The notes under the pieces were generated by a model. It did not search any database. It worked only from the letters and a program-made list of their open reading frames with translations, and was not told the origin of the DNA. A DNA stretch of 64,000 nucleotides from Lytechinus pictus (Eukaryota), in assembly GCF_037042905.1 (NCBI RefSeq), contig NC_087251.1:34598001-34662000 (forward strand), in the 5' to 3' direction. Of this stretch, positions 26,192 to 38,989 are shown one piece after another. Positions within the stretch are counted from its first letter, which is position 1; each line of letters begins with the position of its first letter. The translations under genes were made by a program, and so were the position numbers.

Positions 26192-27256
26192 CTGTAAGTA
26201 ACAGTCTATTAACCGCACCTTTTTCTCGGCGGGATAGAAGCAAAAGTCGGGGGTGCGGTTTATCCACGGTGACGGGTCTGAGCCAGCCCATCGTAACCCC
26301 TCCCGAACATGTAAGACGTCTGCCAGTTCACAACACATCGAGTGGCCGGGCGTAGCCGCCCAGGGCAATGTCGTTTAGAGGGGTATGAGCCGTGGGTAAT
26401 GGGAAGCCATTATTACGAGCTTAATCAAATATTGTCCATAACAAAAGCACCCACCTTCATGACACTAATTTCGACTTTATTCTCGATTCAAAGCAGCGAA
26501 GTTACCTGGCTAAGTTCAAAGAGACGCCATGCATACTCGGTATTATTTTGTCACAGCTGAGCGAGAGTTGAGTGAGCTGAGAGCTTGCGTTGTAATTGTG
26601 GTTATAGTGTGACTTAAGCTTGCGCTATTCATTTTAACCCCTCCCTCCAAAGTCCCGTTTCGCACCAGCTAATTTTTTCTTTCCCGTTTGCTTTTCATAA
26701 GATACCATTTACACCACACAAGAGAGAGACAGCACGAAGCCGTAAAAACAACTGGAAAAAATGCAAATTTCTTTGTTTCTTGAACCTTCCTGTAATCCTG
26801 TATCCAAAATTCATTCTAAGACATCGAATGCTAGACAAACTCTGAAAGTGATTGTGAGGTTGTGATGCAAGAAATGTGAATGTTTCTTCCTCCTACGCCA
26901 GGAAAGACACAGATCATAATTTGATGATAAGATGTACTAGTACCGTATCGTAGTTTGCAATGTACAAGAACGGCAGTGCTGTGTGTGTGTATACTGTGAC
27001 TGTGAGGTGAGTGAGTGTGTAAGTGGCCAATATTGTCGGGACCTTTCTTTCTTGCTAACATTTGTAGATGAAATGATCAAGAACAGCAGATTTCCGCATA
27101 CTGGTAAACTCTTTGGATACTTTGAAATCTTTAACTTAGTTTTTATTTCTTCTTACCTCAAATATGCATGTAAATGTGAGAAGGATTTTTTTTTTAAAGT
27201 CCAAAGTTGGGGGTGCGGTTAATCCACAGGTGCGGTTTATAGTCCGTTACTTACGG
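26192..27256. mobile_element. pogo/Tigger-like non-autonomous element just downstream of the FAM161A stop
   Basis: TA|CTGTAAGTAACAGTCTATTAACCGCACC ... GGTGCGGTTTATAGTCCGTTACTTACGG|TA, with repeated subterminal GGTGCGGTT motifs. Confidence 0.75.
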
Positions 27257-27414
27257 TATATATGTAGCCATGTAGCTGAAACAAGCTAAAGAGCAAAATT
27301 CTCACACCCTTGTGAATACTAACCATCAAAACATACAGGAAGGATGGTAGGGCAAGGTGATCAATGAGATTATACAAAGAAAGACAACTTGGAAATGATT
27401 CATTTACATTGAAT

Positions 27415-30400
27415 CTAATCATCATCACTTGCGGGAGTGTCGTCATCATCGTACTTGTCTCTTCCATCACCAGCGCCACTGTAACCTCCATAGTCATCAC
27501 CGTCATCGTCGTAATCGTAGTTGTAGCTTGCTTCACTCCTGCTCTCGTCTTCCCTTCCTCCCCCACCGCTCAGTATCTGGGTGGCTCCTGAACGCCCCTT
27601 ACGCTCCAAGAAGTCCTCACTGATTCCCGCATTCTTGAGGGCACTCTCATACTTTCTTTCTGCACGTTTCTTGGCATTTAACTAAAAAAAAAATTTTTTT
27701 AAGAACAATTTGAAATGATCTCATAACAGAAGAAATGACAAGCAGTGTTTTTTCTTCATCTAACTATGCCTCAAATCATTGTATTTAAACTTTAATACCT
27801 TCTGATTTAAGACTCTATGATACTACTACTACTACTACTACTACTACTAAAAGTAATAACAATGATGATAATAATAACAATAATATTAATGATAATAATA
27901 ATAATAACAATGATAATCATAAATAATAATAATAATAATATTAATGCAATTAAATACGTTAACAAAATTATGCAATTTCTCGAGTTTAACCGTAACATAG
28001 TTTCCATTCTGCAATACAACATTTTCAAGTACATGAAAAATGAAATTTGCATATATTACCTCGGTCTCTCTCTCAAAGAGAAGAGGACGGGATTCAATCC
28101 TGGCCATCATTTCCTGCAGCTCTCGTTCATATTCTTCTTCACGAGCTCTCTCAGACTCTCTATGGGTAATACAGTCAGTTTAGAAAAAAATGCTGTAATA
28201 CTAATCTCATTATCCAAACATACATGAATCAAATATTGAATTATGGTATTCATCCATACTGCAGAAAAACACTGTAATGGCAACACTGGTATCCTTAAAT
28301 TATTCCAAAATGTTTCACTGTATATTGTGTGGTATTCATTTATTATTTATTTTTCAAAAAATCAAGTGAGAAAATCTTTTTTATACTTAAACTGAATTTG
28401 AATAAATAGATGTAGAAAGAACAGTCTAATGCTCAATATTCCAAGTGGAGGGTCCTAAGTGAAGCATAAATCGTTGTGAATAGGCCCTTACAAATAAATA
28501 ATTCATAACAGATTCACTGCTATAAGAGATAGAAAAGGCCCTGAGCATGTAAAATTATAGTAATTTAAGAATTTACAATGTATTTCAATAAAAAAAGCTT
28601 ATACTTATGTGTTTGATTTAAATGTAAACACAATTTGCTAAATCGGTTATGATGTTTGCAAGAAACTCACTTGCAATCAGTTGTCACTATCAGTTTACAA
28701 TTACTTGCAAGACCTATGATCCATTCTGGGATGTAGAATAGACTTGCAATTAATTGTAAGTTTCTTGTATGCAAATTAAATGCAGGTTATTTTGTGCTTT
28801 CATGGGGAACTTGACACCACTCTGATACAAATCACCTAGAGTAGATTAGAATGAGATTTATGACCAATTATGGCAAAGTCATTATCTCGCTTTTCCCTGG
28901 CCTGACAGTTGCCCAAGACTAAGCAGACTTAACAGCCGAAGAATTCTTGATGGTACACCGGGTTTGCTGTCCCTCAAAGATTTGTCTCTGCTAACAGGGC
29001 ATTCTCCAATGCTTATCACAAAATCTGGAATCAGCAAATAATGCTCTTCTCCCCCTGAAAACGGATGCCGATCTGACTACATGAATCAAACTTTTGAGGC
29101 AGACACTGGCCTAGTTCATGTTTTCACTCAAGACACAGCATTTGCTCCTGCAACAATCACTCCAGGGGAGTGTTTCACAAAGATTGAAGTATGACTGAAG
29201 TCGCACTTAAATGCCGACACGTACATGATATGCAACGCGCAATCTTATTGATAGATACGCATTAGTGCGCGTCCTCATGACATGATCTGACCAATGCGGT
29301 CAAGCCTTTCATACCGTACGCAAATCGGTATTAAAGTGCGACTCTAAGTCATACTTAAATCTTCGTGAAACACCCCCCAGGCTTTATTTCTAAGATATAG
29401 GATTAGGGTTGCAATAGAGTTTATGTTATGTTTAAGGCTAGGTTTAGGGTAGGGTATTGTGTTAAATTCAGGATTAAAGTAAGTCATTCAATTTGTGTGT
29501 GGAATTTATATTGGAGCAATTGTCGCCAAAGCAAAAGTCACAGAACCCATTTTTACCTGTGCTGTCTTAATTTCTCCCTATTGGTAGCCTCCAGGCTCTG
29601 GGAAGTGTCGTTGGCCCTAGCTTTGCTGGTGATGAATCGTTGAAGCTTTTTCTCTCTGTATCTCCTCTGTTTCTCCTGCTCCACCTCCTGTCTCTCCCGC
29701 TCAGCCTTCTCTATCTGTGTCTTACTAAGTGCACTCTTCCGCAGCTCGTTAGCATTGGTCGTCTTCGACGGGAGCGTATCACCCATGTCAATGGATCTAT
29801 AATCAATTAACCATAAAAATAATAGGCCTAAATCCAGTTTTCAATGTCCGTATGTTTTGATACAGGTAATTTCGCCCAAGTAGAACTGTTCATGACAACA
29901 GAAACCTGTTCGAATATTGTTTTGTATAATCAGGACCCCCTTGCACAAAAATTACTTACATGTATGGTAACTTTGTCATCAAACTAACTAACTGGTCCAT
30001 AAAGATGCAGAACATCCAATTGAAATCAAGGATTTCACTTTATGGATGGCAAATTTACCATAACAAAGTAATAATATAGCGCATGTTTCCACCTTGTTAG
30101 GTGCTAAAGGCGCTCCTATATTACCCCGGCTAAGCTAGTCTACCGATTCCAGTGCTCACAGCACTTTGAGGAATTGCTTCCTGCTGGTACCCATTTACCT
30201 CACCTGGGTTGAGTGCAGCACAATGTCGGTAAATTTCTTGCTGAAGGGAAACATGCCTTGGTTGAGAATTGACCCCACATCCCTCAGAGTGAAAGACAAG
30301 AGTCTTAACCACTAACAATTTTAATGCAATAGGGCTTTTGTCTGAAAAAAATATATTTTGACTTCAGACTTCAACTTATGGAAGGATGACTTTAAAACAA

Positions 30401-32794
30401 AACTTTCCAGGTAAAATCTGCTGTGATCAACAAAATATCCTTGACCTTGTTCAAATTTGACTGTGTGTGTGGGGGGGGGGGATTGCAATCAATACAAAAA
30501 TATGATTTGTCCATTTTAACACTGCGAAAAAGAAAATAGAAAAGGGACATTATAAAGGTAATGAATATGAATTTCAGGTATAGGCCTACTGTACCTTCTT
30601 AGAGAAGCAGACTTTGACAAAGACCCTCGGAGGGCCTCCTTCCGCCTCTCCTCTTCCTCCTCCATTTCGATCAGAGCTCTAGACTTGCGAGAGGGAATTC
30701 TGGCTGTCCTGAGATTGAAGGGCTCAATAACAGTCGGATCCTTTTCTCTCTTTTTCCTCTGAACCTCCTCCTGGAACCTGCGATGTAATTCATCATAGTC
30801 TGGAATCTCTCCATTTACCTTCAAATAAAAATAATAAAGTAAGATAGAAGACACAATGTTGTGATGTTGATTGAATATGACTGGGCTTATAAATGTTTAT
30901 CAACTATAGATCATTAAAGCATATCAAAACAAAATATTAATTTTCCTCACAAAATAAAAAAGTGTGTTCAGAGCATTGTCATACCTTTCATTTTCATTAC
31001 AAATTGAAAAGATTTCGCTTTTTTGAAAAAGCATTTTCTGAAAGACTTTAAAAAAGAAATAGTTATTTCATCCTCTATTTTCAAGGAAAAATGATAAATT
31101 CTGGTAGACTCATTCATTCATACTTAATTTTATCTTACATGTACATGTACTTCCAAGAAAAAACAATAAATTCACCTAGAACCCCTCTTTCATTTATACT
31201 TTTTAAAGATATATTGTAAGAAATTTCTTTGGCTTACCTGGGGTCTGAATTTGTGTTCTGTTGTGAGGAAAGCCTGCTTCTCCCGCTTTTTCTGCATCTT
31301 CATTCTCATCTTTCCATCAGTATACTCCTTGCCTCTGATCTGCATATTAGGAGGGAGTGAAGATTGCCTCAACATCTCCTCAGCTCTCATCTTGATTCTG
31401 ATCTTCCGGTATTCTTCTTCCTCTAAAATTTGCTCATCAACTGTCGGATCAAAGACAGAATTTGGAACTGGTTTGGCCTTGAAGGACGGTGTCTTTGGCC
31501 GCCTCGCTGACAAAGGAGCACTTGCAGATCTTTGGTGCTTTTTAGTTTCTGTCAGCTTGAATGGTTTTTGAGTAGTTGTGAGTTTCTTGTAGCTCTCTTC
31601 TCTGTTCTTCTTCGACTTTTCAACTTGTTGATCCATTATTTCATCATAGAGCGGTAGGAAAGTATGAGCGGGTACTGGGTTCGCTTTGAACTTCTTCTGG
31701 CATTCTATTTCCTCTTGTTTCTCTCTATCAAGTCTTGCTTGATCAAGGTCCATGGAGGCTCTTGTTTTCTTCCGTTCTTCACTAGATTCCCTCAAGGACA
31801 TGCTAAAAGGCTTTGGGATGGTTATTTTAGGAGACCATTCCTTTGCCTTGCTCTGTTGAGTTGAGTTGCTGCGGGCAGATGTTCTGGACAAACTGCGAGA
31901 ACGGGGTACGTAGGAGTCGACGCTGAAATCTTCCCACATATTGTCAACTACTGCAGCTGGGGATCCAGGCTGCTTACTCAATGAAAGATCAAGCGAAGTG
32001 TTTACACTGGATAATATTTCATCCGTTGTAGCTGAACACTCACTCCCGCTCCAAGTGACATCACTCCAATCTGGCTTTTGTTTCTGACCATGGACGCCAT
32101 TGCGTGCAGAAGATCTGGACTTTGGGCGCTCAGTCCATGCTGTCTGAGGCCGTCCAGTCGGTGGTTTTGATGACATGTCTCTCACATTATCTCTTGGTAG
32201 AGCTGACCATGCCGGTAAACTCTGGTTAAACGCCTGCAGCGTGTCATCCATATGTTTGTGTTCATGTTCAGCTACATAAACTGGACCACTCTTAGTCATT
32301 CCTTTCACTTTATCAATTCCATTCATGTAATTCATACTCAAGCTCCAGTCGTTGCCATTGTCATCTCCGCCCAATCCCATTTCATTCCGCGCATTATTTT
32401 CAAACTCAATTTCTTGTCGCTTTCGAGACACTTTCTTTTTATACCTCTTCTCCAGAGAATTCAGTGTTACCCGATGTTTCTCTTTCAGTTCTTTCAGACG
32501 TTTGTAAAAATCTTCACTACTGATGTTCTCCACATCGTTTGTGAGCTGATCAATAAGTGCATCTTCTTCCAAGGAGCCACCGCCAAATCCCTTCGAATGG
32601 GACTGAGCAAATTGTTCCTGGTCATATTCATGATATTCAGAGCCATTACATGAGGCCAAAAGTGCATCCTTTTTTAGATCACGACTTCTTGCTAGATCTC
32701 GATCTAATTCACTCTCTGGCAAGTTCGAATTCGGAATTCTAGGCCTCGTAATACAAGAATTGGTAACCACTGACAAGGAATGTCCTGTTGCCAT
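27415..32794 (-). CDS. FAM161A: FAM161A-like ciliary/centriolar microtubule-binding protein (UPF0564 domain), complete, 795 aa
   Basis: Exons 32794-31238, 30818-30595, 29796-29557, 28159-28060, 27681-27415 (2388 nt, phases 0,2,2,0, all GT-AG). Family motifs: N-terminal MATGHS, FYKRLKELK, ITIPKPFSMSLRE, ECQKKFKANPVPAHTFLPLYDEI, FKAKPVP, IPDYDELHRRF, TVIEPFNLRT, RPLLFERE. Acidic C-terminal tail. Confidence 0.88.
29164..29378. mobile_element. Harbinger-like MITE in a FAM161A intron (partial relative at 8830-8930)
   Basis: GGGGAGTGTTTCACAAAGATT..AAGTATGACT..AGTCGCACTT / AAGTGCGACT..AGTCATACTTAAATCTTCGTGAAACACCCCCC. Confidence 0.75.
30095..30313 (-). mobile_element. tRNA-derived SINE (Nin/Deu-like core), diverged
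   Basis: Shares the GCACTCAACCCAGGTGAGGTAAATGGGTACC core with 37411-37663 and 47525-47809. Confidence 0.75.
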
Positions 32795-33541
32795 GTTGAT
32801 CTTCACGACGAACCGAAAACACAGATTCGATCAGCTCGCTCGCTCGGCAACATCGACGAATCTCGCACAGCGCCAACATATCATACGCACTGCGTTGATG
32901 ACCAAAAAACGACACTGGGATCGGATTGATGTTGTAGGGTTCCTCCATTAAAAAAAAATTATATTAACGTATTTGGTGGAAGCTCACATATTTTTTTTGG
33001 GGGGGACATAAAAGGGGGGGGGGTAAATTTCTTATTGAGCAAATTCTGTCACAATAACGTGCGAAGAGGTACAACCTGACATCCATTATTAACAAGATGT
33101 AGGAATGCCTGGAAGCGTTTCAATGAAAAAAATGACGGTAACTGTTTATGATAACCGGACCTATTTCCAAACTTATGAACTAATTTTAAGGAAAAAGAAA
33201 TCAATAAAATTAATGGAAAAAATAATGGATCGATTGAAATAACATCTCGCATTGAAAAGAGTTGACGAGTGAAATTGACATTCTTATTTTATGAGACAAC
33301 CGGATAAATTCCTTTAAACACTATAAAGTCACTCACTCACCCCCTAGAGCGGTTAAGTTCTTAGTATTGTTCTTCTTAATTTGAGTCGTCATCATTAGGC
33401 CTAATCAACATTGTTGTCAGATCTTCTTGAAAAAACGTTCTTTGAGTTGAAAAAACGAACGCAAATTCGATTGCAGTTTTCTAGAATAAGTAGAATTATA
33501 TTCTGTGTACAATAATACTATATATCCCTATTCTGAATGTA

Positions 33542-33860
33542 CACTGTTAGAAACTTAACAATTAAAAAAACAGATTTTACAGAAAGAAATAATTACCAAA
33601 TTATTCTGTAATTATTATTTCATGTTATAACCATTTACAGTCTGTAAATGATTATAACAGGAAAGAATTTGTCTACAATTTTACAAAATATGCAGGTCTG
33701 TTTTAAACAAGCCGGGGGGAGTTTTATTACAATAAATTTGTAAGGTTACATACACCAAATATTACACAGGGCAGTAAGATTACAGGTGTTCTCGAGACTC
33801 TGCTGTAGGATTTTTTTTTTTTTTGGGGGGGGGGGGTTAAGTAGAAATTTTCAAACAGTG
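33542..33860. mobile_element. EnSpm/CACTA-like MITE
   Basis: TA|CACTGTTAGAAA ... TTTCAAACAGTG|TA. Confidence 0.65.
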
Positions 33861-34645
33861 TACAGAGGTAATTCTTACGTCTCAAGAGACTGATTGATTG
33901 ATTGATTGCTTTTATTCGTCAAGAATATCACAGGTAATATGAGATAAAATAAGAACGGCTTATTTCCAAGGGTCCTATGATTAAAAACATAATGAAAGTG
34001 ATTAGGGTTTGTCGACATACATGGTTTGAGTGTTCAACAAATTAATGTTCGATCCCTAAAAGCATTTGATAAGTGGAAGTGGAATAGACAAGCTCTTGCA
34101 GAGTGTCCTCCAATAATAAAATGATCAATTAAGATTCGAAACAGTTTGGATATGTACACAATCAAGTCAAATTACTACATTATTATATTTTTTTCTTTTG
34201 CAATTTATTTATTTATCTTTATATCGCAATTAATCGATTGAAATGATAATTGCTGATGGATCCATGTTACATTTTGTTTCGCCAAATTAACCGTTGCCAG
34301 TTTCATGCAGTTGTATACTTTTAATTCATTTGTTTCTTTTTATATTGTTATACTGACCTGGATGGAGGTAAAGGGGTAAGGGAAGGAAGACCTGTGGGTC
34401 ATAGTAATTTAGTTAACCTTTTCCAAAATTTGGAAAAGTATATATAATTTTTTGGCTCACGCTTTCGTGCTCGCATTTGAGATACATATCTTGCTCAATA
34501 GGCTGATATCGAGCTTAAATCATCAAGTCAATATACATTTTAGGTGATAACCTTTTTTTTCTGCTTGTCAAATTTTCCAGCCCCTGGTCCCCCTACCTTT
34601 GGGGACAGATTTCCACCCATGTGTATGTATACCTATATTAATTCT

Positions 34646-34840
34646 CAGGGGCAGATCAAGGATTTTCCAAGGGGGAAACATTTTCCAGATGAAAATTTGA
34701 CAAGCCCTAAAAAAATGAGGGGGGGGGGGTTCTCACTTACAAAGGGGGGGGGGGGCACAATTGGGTAAAAACGGCAGATTTACATTATACATTTTTATTA
34801 TGGCTCTCAAAAGTGGTGGGGGGGGGCACATCCGCCACTG
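34646..34840. mobile_element. hAT-like short MITE
   Basis: CAGGGGCAGAT ... ATCCGCCACTG with 8-bp TSD TTAATTCT/TCAATTCT. Confidence 0.7.
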
Positions 34841-34990
34841 TCAATTCTAGCAAACTACTTTCATGACAGTTTATCAAAAAATTCGGCTCGGAATTTGCGC
34901 TCGCATTATTTGATTGTTGAAATGTGTATCGTCTTCATGAGAAACTGCGAACAGTCCTAGGTCCCTTTTTGATCAGGCCAGAACATATAT

Positions 34991-35747
34991 AAACAAGTGG
35001 AACGCCTTTGACAGTCTCGCCTGCATTACGCGATTCGATATAGCAACAGTGCTGACTTTGAAAACAGCTGTTGAACAATTATTCACAAAAGAAAATTACA
35101 TTCAAATGTTAATTAATGAAATACTATGTCCATTGACCCAAAATTACTTATGTATGTTTCACTAGATCCATAAACTTTGTAACTTATGAGGCCGATTCAA
35201 CAAATAGGCCTACCCCCAACACGGCCAAAGTTCATTGACCTTAAATGACCTTTGATCTTGGTCACGTGACCTGAAATGCACACAGGATATTTAGGGATAC
35301 TTGATTGCTCTTATGTCCCAGTTTCATGAACTAGATATATAAACATTTTAAGTTATGACAAATCCACTAATACCCCAACATTACCAAATTTTGTTGACTC
35401 TATATGACATTTGACCTTGGTCATGTGACCTGAAAATCGCACAGGATGTTTAAGGATACTTGATTGCTCTTAGGTCTAAGTTTCTTGAACTAGATCTATA
35501 CAATTTCAAAGTTATATTTACAATTCCACAAATACCCCTAACATGGACAAAGTTCATTGACCCTAAATGACCTTTGACCTTGGTCATGTGACCTGAAACT
35601 CAAGCAGGATCTTTATTAATACTTAATTACCCTTATGTCAAAGTTTCATGATCTAGGTAAATTTACTTTCTAAGTTATGATTATTTCAAACTTAATCTTG
35701 GTTAAGATTTCAATGTTGACGACGCCGCTATGCAGGCGAGACGAAAA
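34991..35747 (-). mobile_element. Older, diverged HINE copy (same family as 20285-21243)
   Basis: Same ends (AAACAAGTGGAA..GTCTCGCCTGCAT / ATGCAGGCGAGAC) and the same TGACCTTTGACCTT tandem units. Confidence 0.8.
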
Positions 35748-35945
35748 TGTCTGCTCGTGCTCGCGACATTTATTCATTAAGCGAGACAATTTAATTCCTT
35801 TCGGGTAAGGATGTCAAAATTGCTTGTTGAGATGATGTCCACTTTTCAGATCAGAATACGAAAAAGTAGCTTGCATTTTGCGCTCGCGTCATTTATCTAA
35901 AAAGATAATCCTTTCCGTGGAAATAAAAAAGCATAACATGTCCCG

Positions 35946-36895
35946 TTTTTGTCTCACCTGCATAGCAGAGTGAGACTATAGGCGCCGCTTTTCCGACGGC
36001 GACGGCGTCAACACCAAATCTTAACCTGAGGTTAAGTTTTTGAAATGACAGCATAACTTAGAAAGTATATGGACCTAGTTCATGAAACTTGGCCATAAGG
36101 TTAATCAAGTATTACTGAACATCCTGCCTGAGTTTCATGTCACATGACTAAGGTCAAAGGTCATTTAGGGTCAATGAACTTAGACCATGTTGGGGGAATC
36201 AACATCAAAATCTTAACCTAAGGTTAAGTTTTTGAAATGTCATCATAACTTAGAAAATATATGGACCTAGTTCATGAAACTTATACATAAGGTTAATCAA
36301 GTATCACTGAACATTCTGCATGAGTTTCACGTCACATGACCAAGGTCAAAGGTCATTAAGGGTCAATGAACTTTGGCCGAATTGGGGGTATCTGTTGAAT
36401 TACCATCATAACTTTGAAAGTTTATGGATCTGATTCATGAAACTTGGACATAATAGTAATCAAGTATTACTGAACATCCTGTGCAAGTTTCAGGTCACAT
36501 GATCAAGGTCAAAGGTCATTTAGGGTCAATGAACTTTGGCCAAATTGGGGTATTTGTTGAATTACAGCCATAAATTTGAAAGTGTGTTGGTCTAGTTCAT
36601 AAAACTTGGACATAATAGTAATCAAGTATCACTGAACATCCTGTGCGAGTTTCAGGTCACATGATCAAGGTCAAAGGTCATGTAAGGTCAAAGAACTTTG
36701 GCCACGTTGGGGGTATTTTTTTAATTGCCATCATATCTCTATAAGTGTATTGGTCTAGTTCATAAAACGTGGAAATAAGAGTAACCAAGTATCACTGAAC
36801 ATCTTGTGCAAGTTATAGTAGTTTTCAAAATCAGCACTGCTGCTATATTGAATCGCGTGATGCAGGTGAGACGGCCAGAGGCATTCCACTTGTTT
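35946..36895 (+). mobile_element. Young HINE copy, near-identical reverse complement of 20285-21243
   Basis: TTTTTGTCTCACCTGCATAGCAGAGTGAGACTATAGGCGCCGC ... GATGCAGGTGAGACGGCCAGAGGCATTCCACTTGTTT. Confidence 0.85.
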
Positions 36896-37410
36896 ATTCT
36901 AAATCTCTCTTTCTAAAAAGTTCACGCTTCGCGCTCGCAATTGAGATTTTTTTTTTCTTTATTAAAAACTTGTACTGTTCAGTTCTTCGATCACACCGGA
37001 ATATCAAAATCAATTTGCCCGTGATTACAAAAGTGCTGTGCTGAAAAATGTTTTTTTTTTTAGGTCGAAAAGAAATCAGCTCGCAATTTGCATTTAATAG
37101 ATACCTAAACTCCCCTGTTCGTGACTACAAAAAAGGACTAAAATTGTCCAATTCAGGCTAGAATAACAGCTATTTTTCAGCTCGCGCTTTGCGCTCGCAT
37201 TATTTGATTTGCCAAAACATAATATATTAAGTATCACTACAAACAATCCTTGTTAGATCTCTTTTCAGGACGGTATAGTAAAACCTTAAGCTTGCGCTTC
37301 GCACTCGCATTGTTTAAGTTATTTATTTAGATAGGGCCTATGCATGTTGTTCATGGGTATTTAATCATAATAATAACAATAATAATGATGATGATAATAA
37401 TAATAATAAT

Positions 37411-37663
37411 AGTCAGTTCTCTATGCGCTTCCAAAGGATTTCGATAATATTACTGTGGCTTTAGCCCCGCAGCCTTTTACAGCGCGGTGGCATTTCAAGG
37501 AATGAAATTCTTGCCAGGTACCCATTCACCTCAACTGGGTTGAGTGCAACACAATGTGAATAAATTTCTTGCTGAAGGAAACTACGCCATGGCTGGGATT
37601 TGAACCCACGACCCTCTGTTTCAAAGTCCGGAGACTATAATCCACTGGGCCACAACGCTCCAC
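37411..37663 (-). mobile_element. tRNA-derived SINE (Nin/Deu-like core, L2-like tail)
   Basis: Minus strand: A box TGGCCCAGTGG, B box GGTTCAAATCCC, core TGAATGGGTACC, AAGCGCATAGAG 3' end and (TAT)n tail. Confidence 0.8.
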
Positions 37664-37912
37664 ATTAATCTGCTCGAAGTTGTTCAATTTCAGGTATGAA
37701 AACATAAAATATCAGAAAAATTGAGCGTGCGTTTCGCGCTTCTCAGGTGCCTTAAATTGCTTGAAAGAATTAAGCAAAGATGTATTCCTATTTGGAATTA
37801 TGGCTACCCCTTTAAAAACAACGGGAAAAGGGTTTTAACGGCTGATCAGGAAAAGTGTGGATGAAAATAGTTCTCTGGCTTCCTCTTATTTCTCTTTCTC
37901 TTATTATTTTGT

Positions 37913-38702
37913 TGTGGCCACTTTCGGGAGTATTTTGGAGTGTTTTCGGCTGGTTTTGGACATTTCAAAACGAGACGAATTCCTCTGCGAATGTTTCCGA
38001 ACCCCTCCCGAATTTTCTCGTATTCGCGAAGGGAGAACAGAATACTCCCGAATACGTGTATTCGGATGGATTCGCAGCTGATTCGGTTTCGGTGTAACCA
38101 CTAGCGTACCTACGGGGGGGGGCATTGAAGACCTTTTTTTTTTTTTTTTTTTTTTTTTTTGCTTGTCAAATTTTTTGGCGGCCGATTTTGCCCCCCCCCT
38201 GTGGAAAATCCTAGGTACGCCACTGGGTGTAACCCAGGCCTTAAGCCAGGGTTACACCAAAACCGAATCAGAGACAAAAAGTCCGGAATATGTGTCCCGA
38301 ATCAGAGCAGAATCGCCAAGAACTGACTACCCAGAATACATCGAATGCCTCCCAGAATCCAACCGAATTCCATCCGAATATATTCCGAAAGTGGCCGAAT
38401 TAAATTTGTCGAGGCCACATTTGGAAATATTTTGGAGGGTATTCGGCTGGTTTTGAACATTTTAAAACGAGCCGAATCCCTTCACGAACGGTCCAGAATC
38501 CCTTCCGAATTTTCTCGCATTCGGGGAGGGAGAACAGAATACTCCCGAATCTCACGATACGGTACTCTGATTAAGGGAGCTTCCCGAATCAGATAAAAAT
38601 AGGTTCCGAATCCAAAGAATCCATCTGAGTCAGGCCATATTCTGGCAGAATCGGTTCGAATTTATTCCGGGGAATTCGGTTTTGGTGTATACCCCTAGCT
38701 TT
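37913..38702. mobile_element. Two tandem Harbinger-like MITEs meeting at TTAA (38241-44), with a hAT-like MITE (38099-38225) inserted in the first
   Basis: TIR GGGTTACACC(A/G)AAACCGAAT. The block GAATTTTCTCG.ATTCG..GGGAGAACAGAATACTCCCGAAT is shared at 38010 and 38507. The insert has a perfect 8-bp TSD GGTGTAAC. Confidence 0.75.
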
Positions 38703-38989
38703 ACACAGAACTCGGCGATTTCATCATTCTGTACAGTCGCCACCCCTCCTTGTCTCTCTTAATTAAGCTCTCACTTATGTTTTTTACTTCTCTCTCTCAG
38801 TCACATCACGTTGCAGTGGCAGTGGCGGGGCGGGAAATATTTCCATCCAAATTTCTCCAGATCAGCCCCTAAAAGCGGGTTTTTGTTACCCCTCTTCTTT
38901 TTTTTGAGGGGGTTGTCCTAACTAAAGGCTGAAATTTGTAAAGTAGGCCTACATCTTAGCCCTCTTCTTACAAAGAAGATAAGGTAAAC

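Noticed and set aside
27436..27460. FLAG-tag-like DKYDDDD in the FAM161A tail
   Set aside because: It is not DYKDDDDK, and it sits in a natural acidic low-complexity tail with no vector sequence.
27807..28052. Ile/Leu/Asn-rich ORFs; likewise Asp/Met/His-rich ORFs at 45561-45827 and 47066-48052
   Set aside because: They derive from (TAA)/(TAC)/(GAT) simple repeats in introns.
32795..32806. GTG start giving the 538-aa single-exon ORF
   Set aside because: This is a eukaryotic gene: the ATG at 32794 matches the family N-terminus and the ORF splices at 31238.
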